DNA of 64,000 bases from a virus, in the IMG/VR virus record IMGVR_UViG_3300028920_000005, positions 1 through 64,000 of that record; one strand, given 5' to 3'. Position numbers and translations under genes: made by a program. Below the pieces are notes generated by a model that searched no databases, was not told the origin of the DNA, and worked only from the letters and a program-made list of their open reading frames with translations. Shown here piece after piece: positions 55,528-63,994 of this stretch (the stretch's first letter is position 1; each line of letters opens with the position of its first letter).

Positions 55528-56371
55528 CACTGAACACCTCCGCAAAAGCATTATGCACATGTATACTTTCCTCATTCTCTACCCTAATCCTATACCAGCC
55601 CAATCTCCTCTCCTCTTGATGCACAATCAATTTCTTCTTCACATCTCTTGCCACATCTTCCACGAACTTGGGATTATTATACGCGATATCAACGACCGCC
55701 GCTTCATCCACTCTCTTCAGTAACGGTACAATCGGCGCACTACCCGACAATATACACAGATGTGCCATGTCCTCGATCCACATAAAGTCGTACATTACCG
55801 CATCGACTGTGACCCAACTCCTCTGATTATGGGTATTTCCCGTTGTGCTTATCTCCTTTGAACAAGGACAACAGGTATGTACCGGCACCTTTACACTTAA
55901 CACCGGGTCATGGTAATCAGAGACAATAAATCTACACTGCAACGGCAACCATGATATTCTCTCTGTGGCTGGGCTTATAGTCCTGACCAAGTACTTAAAA
56001 CTCACTTCCATGTGCGCTTTCCTGGCTTCCATTACTTCTCTCAAATGTGGCTTCATATGGAGATTCATAACCTCTAATGTTATAGCCTCACTCTGGTACT
56101 CTTGCAATATCTCTATGAACCTACTCATGTGAGTCCCTTTGGTACCCGCCTCCACTTCAACATAAAGGTTCCAAGTACCATGCACCACATAACTATCCTC
56201 TTCCATTCTCCTAATCAACATCGGCCACTCCACGCCCTTAACCCCTACCTTATCGAGGGAAATCCCTGAATCTTCATTCCGCCGCTGAACATCCGGCAAT
56301 TCCTCTTTGCCTTTTTCGCTGATCGCTATTCTTTTTTTAACTGTTTTGATCATGTTTCCGTCTCCTTGCAT
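55445..56371 (-). CDS. folE2: GTP cyclohydrolase I type 2 (FolE2/MptA family)
   Basis: 308 aa. HTCCPCSKEISTTGNTHNQRSWV and C-terminal VENEESIHVHNAFA are FolE2 signatures. A ~30-aa tail extends beyond the usual end into the UDG gene. Confidence 0.8.
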   Translation of the reverse strand: MQGDGNMIKTVKKRIAISEKGKEELPDVQRRNEDSGISLDKVGVKGVEWPMLIRRMEEDSYVVHGTWNLYVEVEAGTKGTHMSRFIEILQEYQSEAITLEVMNLHMKPHLREVMEARKAHMEVSFKYLVRTISPATERISWLPLQCRFIVSDYHDPVLSVKVPVHTCCPCSKEISTTGNTHNQRSWVTVDAVMYDFMWIEDMAHLCILSGSAPIVPLLKRVDEAAVVDIAYNNPKFVEDVARDVKKKLIVHQEERRLGWYRIRVENEESIHVHNAFAEVFSDDIPGEMRGMPFGVVLEQRNGEGRKTK

Positions 56372-56603
56372 ACTGACATTCTTTCGCTATGTAATTAAAC
56401 TTTCCAACTAATTCCTTATCTGGAATCATCTCCCATCCATCTACCCACACAAATGTGGCCGTGTCCCTGTCCAAACCGGCTAAATCCTTATACCCCACAA
56501 CATACACAGCCTTAAACCTCTTACCCTCCTCCTCGTGCTCGTGCCTTACTATATCACACCAATATTTAAAGGCCCGATGTGTAGGTGCCAATACATAATA
56601 CAT
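56337..56603 (-). CDS. hypothetical protein
   Basis: The ATG at 56603 (MYYVLAPTH...) overlaps the QueE stop (TAATG) and follows AGAGGTG. 88 aa. Confidence 0.45.
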   Translation of the reverse strand: MYYVLAPTHRAFKYWCDIVRHEHEEEGKRFKAVYVVGYKDLAGLDRDTATFVWVDGWEMIPDKELVGKFNYIAKECQYARRRKHDQNS

Positions 56604-57271
56604 TACACACCTCTCTTCTTCGGGTCCCATATTATCTTATGCAACTGCAACTGCAGCCTTGCGCCTGGCACTGTATTCTTTACCCATTCGGCCAACTCAG
56701 GCAACTTCCAATCATTCCACTGTGGGCTTATGATCATACGGTCTCTAATCCTTCTGTTCTGGTACATCATTAAAACATCACTAAGATCAGACTTCTTAAC
56801 CACGAACTTTACTTCGTCATTATCGCCGATTACAGGCATTATCTTCTTGACAAAGTTCGCCTGATAGTCTCGAAAGTCTTTTATATCAATGAACGCACTC
56901 GGCAACTTAAAGTCATAAACTACTTTAACTAGTTTCCGAAGTTTCTCGCTAGGAACGATAGTGCCATTAGTCTCGATGCTATAATACTTTCCTGGCAGCA
57001 TCTCGACGATCTTTAACACATCATCCTGTTGTAGTAACGGCTCTCCGCCCGTGAAACATACATAATAGGCGTTATATTCCGCTATCTGGTGTGCAACATC
57101 TTCTGGATTGAAGTCAAATCCTTGCTGATCCCTTCTCCATCCTCCTTGCGCATAAGCCGTATCACAATACGTACACTTAAGATTACACCCCTGCAACCTC
57201 ACAAACACAGTCGGATACCCAACATATGTACTCTCACCCTGTATCGAGCAGAATATCTCATTCACATTCAT
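56603..57271 (-). CDS. queE: 7-carboxy-7-deazaguanine synthase QueE (radical SAM)
   Basis: 222 aa. IFCSIQGESTYVGYPTVFVRLQGCNLKCTYCDT is the QueE N-terminal CxxxCxxC cluster region. Confidence 0.85.
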   Translation of the reverse strand: MNVNEIFCSIQGESTYVGYPTVFVRLQGCNLKCTYCDTAYAQGGWRRDQQGFDFNPEDVAHQIAEYNAYYVCFTGGEPLLQQDDVLKIVEMLPGKYYSIETNGTIVPSEKLRKLVKVVYDFKLPSAFIDIKDFRDYQANFVKKIMPVIGDNDEVKFVVKKSDLSDVLMMYQNRRIRDRMIISPQWNDWKLPELAEWVKNTVPGARLQLQLHKIIWDPKKRGV

Positions 57272-57813
57272 TACACCACTTCCTCAAACGTTGAACTATG
57301 TAACTCAAACGATGCAAAACTCTTTGGGCCCTCCCACACATCCACATGCACCCAATATTCATACTCACTTCTCTGTGCAAGTAATCGTGCAAACCTCATG
57401 ACAAAATACCTTGCTATATTCTCACTCGTCACTGCGCCAAAGGCCATTGGGAATACAAATAGATCCTCTGTCGGAATCTCATAGTACTTGAACCCCTTAT
57501 CGGCAATCGTCATTATTGCCGTTGTATCATGTTCAGTCTCATGCAACTTAACATCACCTGTCTCTGGCCACACCTTTGCTTTCCCCTCATTATTCAGCAA
57601 CCCCGCAGCAACCACTATCTTGTGATCTAGCTCATTAATGACAGCCTTCAAATCAGAAAAATCCACCACCATACCATCATCACATATCTCACCCCTCATA
57701 ACCACCTTCACCGTCCAGGTATGTCCATGTAGTCTAAAGCACTTACTCTTCGGATCAGTATGTACGAAATGCGCCATACTAATGCTCTGCTCAGTTTCAA
57801 TCTTACTTTGCAT
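57271..57813 (-). CDS. queD: 6-carboxy-5,6,7,8-tetrahydropterin synthase QueD (PTPS family), long form
   Basis: 180 aa. MAHFVH...KCFRLHGHTWTVKV...GMVVDFSDLK...LDHK matches PTPS/QueD catalytic motifs. Confidence 0.8.
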   Translation of the reverse strand: MQSKIETEQSISMAHFVHTDPKSKCFRLHGHTWTVKVVMRGEICDDGMVVDFSDLKAVINELDHKIVVAAGLLNNEGKAKVWPETGDVKLHETEHDTTAIMTIADKGFKYYEIPTEDLFVFPMAFGAVTSENIARYFVMRFARLLAQRSEYEYWVHVDVWEGPKSFASFELHSSTFEEVV

Positions 57814-58656
57814 TTACTCAGGCTCCTTCCATTTATCTTCAGCTTCTAGCATACATTCCTTAACATACGAACACCAATCACACAGCGGCGTATGCTTCTT
57901 AGGAAAGAATCTAAACTTGATACCCTTCCTCGTCTTCTCCAACTTCTTATAAAACGCCTTCTCCGTTGCACTCTTAAACGGCTCCGAGATCACTTGCGGC
58001 TGAATCGCCGTATCTACCCCACCAAGAAAGATCTGCCCCCAATGTGTTACCTCACCTTTCACAATCCCATTGGCCTCAACCAGATGCTTATACCCAAACA
58101 TCTCATTCCTCATCTTACTTAAATTATACTCTCTATACTTCCCAGTCTTATAATCCAGCAATATATACTTCCCCTTCCGCCACTTATCCAAACGATCCAA
58201 AGTCCCATAATACTTAATCTCATCATCCTCTAAAAACATCTCCTTCTTCTTGGGCCAGAACCTATTAGGATACTTCAAATTCCTCATACCCCAACGTTGC
58301 TCTTCAACAGTTATAAACTTATTGAGCAAAATTCCCAAATTATTGCCCAACTGCGCATCCTCTTTTCTGATATCGTCAAGTCTCTTAGCAAAGAAATCCC
58401 AATACTCACGCCTCAAATCACTTGAACTATCAATCTTTTCCCTATCAATATTATCATAAACCTCAAAGATTAAGTCGTGCGCAATATTCCCCTGAAACAT
58501 CTCTATGCTCTTTACAAAGGGCGTCCCAAGTACTACCTGATGGTAAAAGCGAAATGGACACTGGTTATAGGCATGGACACCTGATTTGCTTAGCCAAATG
58601 TCCTTGTAATTAAATTCTTTACGCTGCCTAACTGCAGCATCCACACGCTCAACCAT
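57814..58656 (-). CDS. Cas4/RecB-like PD-(D/E)xK nuclease with Fe-S cysteines
   Basis: 280 aa. N-terminal YNQCPFRFY, core GTLDRLD...YILLDYKTGK, and C-terminal CDWCSYVKEC give the four-Cys pattern of Cas4/AddB-type nucleases. Confidence 0.65.
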   Translation of the reverse strand: MVERVDAAVRQRKEFNYKDIWLSKSGVHAYNQCPFRFYHQVVLGTPFVKSIEMFQGNIAHDLIFEVYDNIDREKIDSSSDLRREYWDFFAKRLDDIRKEDAQLGNNLGILLNKFITVEEQRWGMRNLKYPNRFWPKKKEMFLEDDEIKYYGTLDRLDKWRKGKYILLDYKTGKYREYNLSKMRNEMFGYKHLVEANGIVKGEVTHWGQIFLGGVDTAIQPQVISEPFKSATEKAFYKKLEKTRKGIKFRFFPKKHTPLCDWCSYVKECMLEAEDKWKEPE

Positions 58657-58660
58657 CTTA

Positions 58661-59323
58661 TCACCCCTTGATATTAACCTTCACACCTGCAATTGGCTCA
58701 ACACTCACCGTTAACACAATCTCCGGCTTCCCATTCACTTCCATCAGATATCTTACCCCGCCAATATGTATCTCCTTCTGACTTGCCAAATAATCGGCAT
58801 AAGCGACAATAACTTGGCCCCTAGTCTCGGCCACATACTTCTTTGTCCAGTTATGCATGTGATTCTGGGCCATCAGTCGGATCTTCTTATCGAAACCATG
58901 AGGCTTCAGATACGGATGCACATACACCCCGTGCCCAATGTGCGGCACTTTCATTTTGCCAAAGTCATGCACCGCCATCGCCGCTAACCTGTTATTCTTT
59001 AGCCTCTGAAATTTGGCCTCACTCTTCTTATCACTCTTCTTTCGCGTAAACCCAGCTTCTTCGATACTGAGATGTTCGCAGAAATACATTCCCCTTATCA
59101 CATGATTCAACAGTCCATAAGGTACTGTTTGCTCAGTCCAATGGTGGTATTTCCCAGAGCTACTTGCCTGCATCTGACTAATCTTCGGCCAATGCTCCTT
59201 ATACACGGCCGAAACCTTATCCAACAGTTCTTGATCCGTTAGATAGTCACTCAGTATCTCGATAAACATTGCATGATCATCTGCAACGTATCCTTTGTCT
59301 CCATTTTCAAAGTCCCATGACAT
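58661..59323 (-). CDS. HD-domain phosphohydrolase-like protein
   Basis: 220 aa. ...KYHHW..., AMAVHDFGK (HD dyad) and further His residues. Confidence 0.5.
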   Translation of the reverse strand: MSWDFENGDKGYVADDHAMFIEILSDYLTDQELLDKVSAVYKEHWPKISQMQASSSGKYHHWTEQTVPYGLLNHVIRGMYFCEHLSIEEAGFTRKKSDKKSEAKFQRLKNNRLAAMAVHDFGKMKVPHIGHGVYVHPYLKPHGFDKKIRLMAQNHMHNWTKKYVAETRGQVIVAYADYLASQKEIHIGGVRYLMEVNGKPEIVLTVSVEPIAGVKVNIKG

Positions 59324-59355
59324 TTTGACATCTCCTGGTAGTCTTGACAGTAATC

Positions 59356-59880
59356 TTATAGATATATTGGTTCGAGTTCTTTGACGTCTTCTTTTATACG
59401 CGAGACGTCTACAGGACCTCTAGGAGGTCTTCCTTGCTTCCATACTAAATACTCACTCCACAATGAAGTCCAAGCCAGTGCAGTTATCTGATTTGCAACT
59501 GCCGACATATCATATGACACGGCCTTCAGTTTATTGCCAAAGTCCTTGGCCGCTGTCCCAGCCTCCTCTAATCTACTCGACAACACTTCATCTTCAGTGT
59601 ACTTTCGAGGTATATCTTCCTCATTTGCGTGTAACGCCTCTACATGCCGTTGCAGTTCTTTGATCTCTTGCTCAACGTCAACTTTTATATGTTCATCCTT
59701 TGAGAAGCTCCGAGATGCCTCAGCTTCCGCCGCTTCCGCCTCCCCATCATATTGTGCCATTTCCGCCTCAGCTTCCGCCATTTCCGCCTCCGCTGCTGCA
59801 TCCGCCTCCGCTTGCATCATTGCTTCAGCTTCCGCCGCTGCATCCGCTTCATCATATGTATTAAAACCCCAGTCATTCAT
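59356..59880 (-). CDS. protein with highly acidic Ala/Glu-repeat N-terminus
   Basis: 174 aa. EADAAAEAEAMMQAEADAAAEAEMAEAEAEMAQYDGEAEAAEAEA, followed by a helical domain. Confidence 0.5.
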   Translation of the reverse strand: MNDWGFNTYDEADAAAEAEAMMQAEADAAAEAEMAEAEAEMAQYDGEAEAAEAEASRSFSKDEHIKVDVEQEIKELQRHVEALHANEEDIPRKYTEDEVLSSRLEEAGTAAKDFGNKLKAVSYDMSAVANQITALAWTSLWSEYLVWKQGRPPRGPVDVSRIKEDVKELEPIYL

Positions 59881-60053
59881 GCTACTCGCCTCGCTCCGAA
59901 GTGTAAAGTATCAGTCTTACCCCTCCTCTCTACCACTTGATCCTTCCCACAGAATGTACAAGTCACATTCACCATAGCACTATCCTCAAAGGTGACAGTG
60001 TTATTCACATATCTACATCCTGGATTCGAACATCTCCATTTCAGTAAGCCCAT
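59877..60053 (-). CDS. zinc-ribbon mini-protein
   Basis: The likely start is the ATG at 60053 (MGLLKWRCSNPGCRY...CTFCGKD), abutting the MazG-like stop. The track start at 60152 would overlap the MazG-like gene by 98 nt. Confidence 0.45.
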   Translation of the reverse strand: MGLLKWRCSNPGCRYVNNTVTFEDSAMVNVTCTFCGKDQVVERRGKTDTLHFGARRVA

Positions 60054-60054
60054 T

Positions 60055-60330
60055 CTATTCCTCCTGTAATATATTTTGCAATCTTTCAAGTTTTCGCTTA
60101 AACCACATCTCATACTCTTCTTGTAACCCCATCTGATAACGTATCTGTGCAATCATCAGTGCCACATCGGCCAACTCCTCAGCTATATTCATCCTATCCC
60201 CCTCCCCAATAAGATCCTTACATAACTCCTTCTGCAATTCACTCATTTCCTCAATAGCCTTAACCTGCTGCAATTCCGCACCCCACTTATCCACACAGGC
60301 TTGAAACAACTTATTTAACTCTCCATTCAT
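60055..60330 (-). CDS. MazG-like nucleotide pyrophosphohydrolase
   Basis: 91 aa. KAIEEMSELQKEL...IAEELADVALMIAQI carries the EExxE...ExxD helices of the all-alpha NTP-PPase fold. Confidence 0.6.
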   Translation of the reverse strand: MNGELNKLFQACVDKWGAELQQVKAIEEMSELQKELCKDLIGEGDRMNIAEELADVALMIAQIRYQMGLQEEYEMWFKRKLERLQNILQEE

Positions 60331-60338
60331 CCTTTCAC

Positions 60339-60494
60339 CTATACCTTAGTCATGCACTTCTTACATACACGAACCCTATTATCACCATCCTTAATAGTGA
60401 TAAACTCCTTAGATTGACACTTCGAACAGATTATCAACTTTCTTTTTCCTATCTTTCTTCTCCTCGGTTTTGACTTCCTCTCATACATCATCAT
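60339..60494 (-). CDS. zinc-ribbon mini-protein (about 50 aa, below the ORF-track cutoff)
   Basis: Hand translation gives (M)nYERKSKPRRRKIGKRKLIICSKCQSKEFITIKDGDNRVRVCKKCMTKV. Five consecutive in-frame ATGs span 60486-60500, so the exact start is uncertain. Confidence 0.45.
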   Translation of the reverse strand: MMMYERKSKPRRRKIGKRKLIICSKCQSKEFITIKDGDNRVRVCKKCMTKV

Positions 60495-60569
60495 CATCAT
60501 CTCCCCAAAATTTCTTTAATTCACTTTCCAGAAAAAAGAAGGGGCCGATCTATCGACCCCCAAACCCAC

Positions 60570-60737
60570 CTACACTCTTATCATCGATCCCCCACATTCA
60601 GGACACTTTGTCTGATTGCATGGTTTTCCAGTGCTATGGTCCATGGCATGTCCGCATCTTTCACACTTACAAACGCCACCGGGTCCTTCTCCGGTGCCAC
60701 CAGGTTGTCTTGCTCTTGGTTCTCCTTGCATATTCAT
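60570..60737 (-). CDS. Cys/His-rich metal-binding mini-protein (55 aa, below the ORF-track cutoff)
   Basis: Hand translation gives MNMQGEPRARQPGGTGEGPGGVCKCERCGHAMDHSTGKPCNQTKCPECGGSMIRV. ATGA overlap with the upstream stop. Confidence 0.5.
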   Translation of the reverse strand: MNMQGEPRARQPGGTGEGPGGVCKCERCGHAMDHSTGKPCNQTKCPECGGSMIRV

Positions 60738-60865
60738 ACGTCCTTCTGTTCATCTTTGGGCACCTCTAAAACATCACAAAGTGCATCTCTATACCCTTTG
60801 TAATAGCCGCCCTTTAACTCTTTAACACTTACAAGTAACTTTTGCACTTGATCCCTATCCAACAT
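60734..60865 (-). CDS. hypothetical mini-protein (43 aa, below the ORF-track cutoff)
   Basis: Hand translation gives MLDRDQVQKLLVSVKELKGGYYKGYRDALCDVLEVPKDEQKDV. The ATG immediately follows the RNR stop (TGAATG). Confidence 0.4.
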   Translation of the reverse strand: MLDRDQVQKLLVSVKELKGGYYKGYRDALCDVLEVPKDEQKDV

Positions 60866-62989
60866 TCAACCACCACACTGCTCCATACCACACTTCAAAC
60901 ACATGAAACACCCCATACTAAATACCACCTCACCCCCACACGTACATGTATTTCGCTTCTTTCCAGGTTCCGCCGCCCCAGCTTTACCTTTCATTTCTTC
61001 CTCAATCTTCTGCCCTATCACATCAGGACAACTTAACTTCGGCACCTGCGCTGGCAACGCACTAGGACATCTAATCCCTCTTAACTGTGCCACGATCTCT
61101 TCAGCCGGCGTATTATACCTCAACGCAACACTCACCACCCTACATAACGCCTCAGCGAACGCATTCTCACACCCACCAGCCTTACCTATATGAGTCTTAA
61201 CCTCATACGGCCGCTTCCCAATCATTGCCACATCCACAAAGATATTGCCACAACCGGTTTTATCCTTATGGCTCGCCGCTATCAACCTAGCAGGTCTCTC
61301 TATTGGCCACTCTGTCCTCGTATCCAACACCTGCACCTGTCTGCTGCCATCCCGATACACAGTTACACCCTTACACCCTTTCTCATATATCTGCAACACC
61401 ACATCAGCAATCTCCTCCCTGGTCGCCTCATTCGGCATATTAATCGTCTTGCTGACCGCCGCATCGGTATGCTTTTGGAATGCCGCTTGCATATTCACAT
61501 GTGCCTGAGGATCGATCTCTGTGGCAGTCTTAAACAACTTCTTCAGCTGAATACTCACATTCATATCAGCCAACGTGCCTCCATGCTCCATTACCTGTTC
61601 CCAAGTAATATCATACTGGTCCAAATACTCATCTAACAGATAATTGGTTACAAAGAACTTGCTATCCAAGATATGCCTATTATAACACAACTTAAAGTAC
61701 GGCTCAATGCCACCAGAGCAGTTCGCTATCGAAGCGATTGTCCCCGTCGGTGCGAGAGTTATCCTCTCTGCATTCCTCGGCGGTGTCTTCCATTCCTTAT
61801 AACTTGATTCCTTCCACGCTGGAAAGGGGCCTTTCTCCTGGCCCAACTCTACAGATGTCTCTAATGCTGTAGTATGCACCAACTCCATAACCATATCGGC
61901 CCATTCCAATGCCTGTGGACTATCATAAGCCACACCGATCTTTACAAGAAAGTCACTCCACCCCATTACGCCCAATCCCACTTTCCTGGTCCTCAACGTC
62001 TTTTCCTCGATCTTTTTGAGCGGGAACTTCGTTGCATCGACAACATTATCTAAGAATCTCACAGCTATCTCCACAGTCTCCTGCAACTTATCCTCGTCAA
62101 ATTGTCCATCTGCCGTAATCATATTGGCCAGATTTATACTACCTAAGTTACAAGATTCATATGGCAACAACGGCTCCTCTCCACATGGATTAGTGCTCTC
62201 TATCACTTCCTCCATGACATGTTTCTCATTTATCCTATCAATAAAGACTATCCCTGGCTCACCGTTCTGCCACGCGCCCTCTATTATAGCATCGAATATC
62301 TCTTTCGCGGGCAACGTCTCCACCACCGTCTTCTCTGCAGGATCAATCAAATTGAACAATGCACCCTTCTCCAACGCCGACATAAACTCATCAGTCAACG
62401 CAACACTGATATTAAAGTTCGCAAGCTCACCCTCCTTGGACTTACACTTACAGAACTTCATTATATCCGGATGGTCCACCCTCAATATCCCCATGTTAGC
62501 GCCCCGCCTCATACCACCTTGCTTGACCGTATCCGTGACCGCATTATACATCTTCATAAAACTAATCGGCCCTGAGCTTGTGCCATGAGTACTATTTACT
62601 ATGGCACCCTCTCTCCTCAACTTAGAGAAACTCATTCCGGTGCCGCCACCACTCTTCTGTATCAAAGCCATATCAGTCATAGTATTCATGATACTGTCCA
62701 TCGTATCATCTACTTTTAGCACGAAGCAACCGGCCAACTGACCTGTCGCGCGCCCCGCATTTGCCAAAGTCGGAGAGTTGGGCAAAAAGTCCAAGTTCGC
62801 CATCACGTCGAAAAACTTCTTATACCATAACTCCTTTAACTTCTTATTCTTCTCAACGTTCGAGACCACCATTGCAACTCTCTTAAACATCTGCTCAGGA
62901 GTCTCATGGTCCGACAAATAACGCTCGTGCAATATTTCTATTGCCATTGGTGTAAGTTCTTTCATGCCAGTCCACCTCTTCTTTTTCAC
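60866..62989 (-). CDS. nrdJ: class II (adenosylcobalamin-dependent) ribonucleotide reductase
   Basis: 707 aa. TNPCGEEPLLPYESCNLGSINL, SNPTLANAGR..GQLAGCFVL, LAPTGTIS-like block, and a C-terminal Cys-rich tail CTCGGEVVFSMGCFMCLKCG. Confidence 0.9.
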   Translation of the reverse strand: MKKKRWTGMKELTPMAIEILHERYLSDHETPEQMFKRVAMVVSNVEKNKKLKELWYKKFFDVMANLDFLPNSPTLANAGRATGQLAGCFVLKVDDTMDSIMNTMTDMALIQKSGGGTGMSFSKLRREGAIVNSTHGTSSGPISFMKMYNAVTDTVKQGGMRRGANMGILRVDHPDIMKFCKCKSKEGELANFNISVALTDEFMSALEKGALFNLIDPAEKTVVETLPAKEIFDAIIEGAWQNGEPGIVFIDRINEKHVMEEVIESTNPCGEEPLLPYESCNLGSINLANMITADGQFDEDKLQETVEIAVRFLDNVVDATKFPLKKIEEKTLRTRKVGLGVMGWSDFLVKIGVAYDSPQALEWADMVMELVHTTALETSVELGQEKGPFPAWKESSYKEWKTPPRNAERITLAPTGTIASIANCSGGIEPYFKLCYNRHILDSKFFVTNYLLDEYLDQYDITWEQVMEHGGTLADMNVSIQLKKLFKTATEIDPQAHVNMQAAFQKHTDAAVSKTINMPNEATREEIADVVLQIYEKGCKGVTVYRDGSRQVQVLDTRTEWPIERPARLIAASHKDKTGCGNIFVDVAMIGKRPYEVKTHIGKAGGCENAFAEALCRVVSVALRYNTPAEEIVAQLRGIRCPSALPAQVPKLSCPDVIGQKIEEEMKGKAGAAEPGKKRNTCTCGGEVVFSMGCFMCLKCGMEQCGG

Positions 62990-63002
62990 CTATACCGCCA
63001 CT

Positions 63003-63746
63003 TCACACTTGATTCTCCTCATTATTCTTATCCCACCCCTTCTGTTCCTTGAACCGATTCCAATTCTCATCGTTCTTCTCACAATACGCCCGATATATAT
63101 CCGTACTATCCGCCCCAATGCACCTACAGAACTCTATCCAAAAGTGCAACAAATCAATCGCCTCCTCGAGCGCCTTCTGCTTCCTCTCAGGAGTTAACTC
63201 CCAGACCCCTCTCCCCCACCACTTCCAAGGGATATTATCCGTCATCTCCCCAACCTCTCTGAACAGCGCAATCGACAACCTACACATGAATACCTCCGTA
63301 CTCATGTCCACCCTCCGCGGATTATTCTCCTTTGCATAGTCCGTAAATTGGTTGTTCCGCTGAACAATGTCATCGAACTTATCTTCGAAGTATCTCTTCT
63401 CCTGATGAAGGAAAGCCTCATCCGGCCGATTCAGATCCACCTTCACACTGTAGTGCTCTCTGATGAATCTAATGAAATCATCATTCTGGAGAAGCTGTTG
63501 CAAAATACTATCAGCTCTTCCTTCCATTCCAGTATCTAAAGCTCCCTCTAACTGCTTCCTCAACAGTATCCTCGTTGAGCTATCCAACGGTTCGTCTTTC
63601 ACTTCACCCATGTTACTCACCTCTGCGGCTTTTTTATTTTGTATCTTATTCCTTTTATCTTGAACTTCACAGTTTCCCTTATACGGGCAATTCTGACAAG
63701 GACCTTCACCATACGGACAATATGTCATCTTGTGTTGATGATTCAC
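63003..63746 (-). CDS. dimeric (all-alpha) dUTPase / dCTPase-like protein with N-terminal Cys-rich extension
   Basis: 247 aa. REVGEMTDNIPWKWWG...ALEEAIDLLHFWIEF...YCEKNDENWNRF matches the dUTPase_2 pattern (E..E...WKWW...E..D.lHF...Y..KN..N..R). N-terminal CPYGEGPCQNCPYKGNC. Confidence 0.6.
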   Translation of the reverse strand: MNHQHKMTYCPYGEGPCQNCPYKGNCEVQDKRNKIQNKKAAEVSNMGEVKDEPLDSSTRILLRKQLEGALDTGMEGRADSILQQLLQNDDFIRFIREHYSVKVDLNRPDEAFLHQEKRYFEDKFDDIVQRNNQFTDYAKENNPRRVDMSTEVFMCRLSIALFREVGEMTDNIPWKWWGRGVWELTPERKQKALEEAIDLLHFWIEFCRCIGADSTDIYRAYCEKNDENWNRFKEQKGWDKNNEENQV

Positions 63747-63994
63747 ATAAATGCCTCCAAGCTCACTTGCTCAGTTCCAGTGATTATCTCTCGGAAATTC
63801 ATTCCGAATGCATCAAGTATCGGTTCCAACTTATTCTCCAACACTTTCTGCGTCTGCACTTCCCAATCAATATACCTTCTCCACTCTTCGAACTGATCCT
63901 CATCCAAAGCAACCCTATTCACAGACTTCATAACGCCGAACACATCGACATGGCCCGGGAGCCCGTCTGGAAATCTCTTAACATAAAAGACCAT
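63743..63994 (-). CDS. hypothetical protein
   Basis: 83 aa; 4-nt overlap with the downstream gene start. Confidence 0.4.
   Translation of the reverse strand: MVFYVKRFPDGLPGHVDVFGVMKSVNRVALDEDQFEEWRRYIDWEVQTQKVLENKLEPILDAFGMNFREIITGTEQVSLEAFM

Noticed and set aside
60866-60880. The C-terminal Gly-Gly of the ribonucleotide reductase (..EQCGG) as a second Ubl-like terminus
   Set aside because: It belongs to a 707-aa enzyme with a Cys-rich tail, so the terminal GG is coincidental and unrelated to Ubl chemistry.
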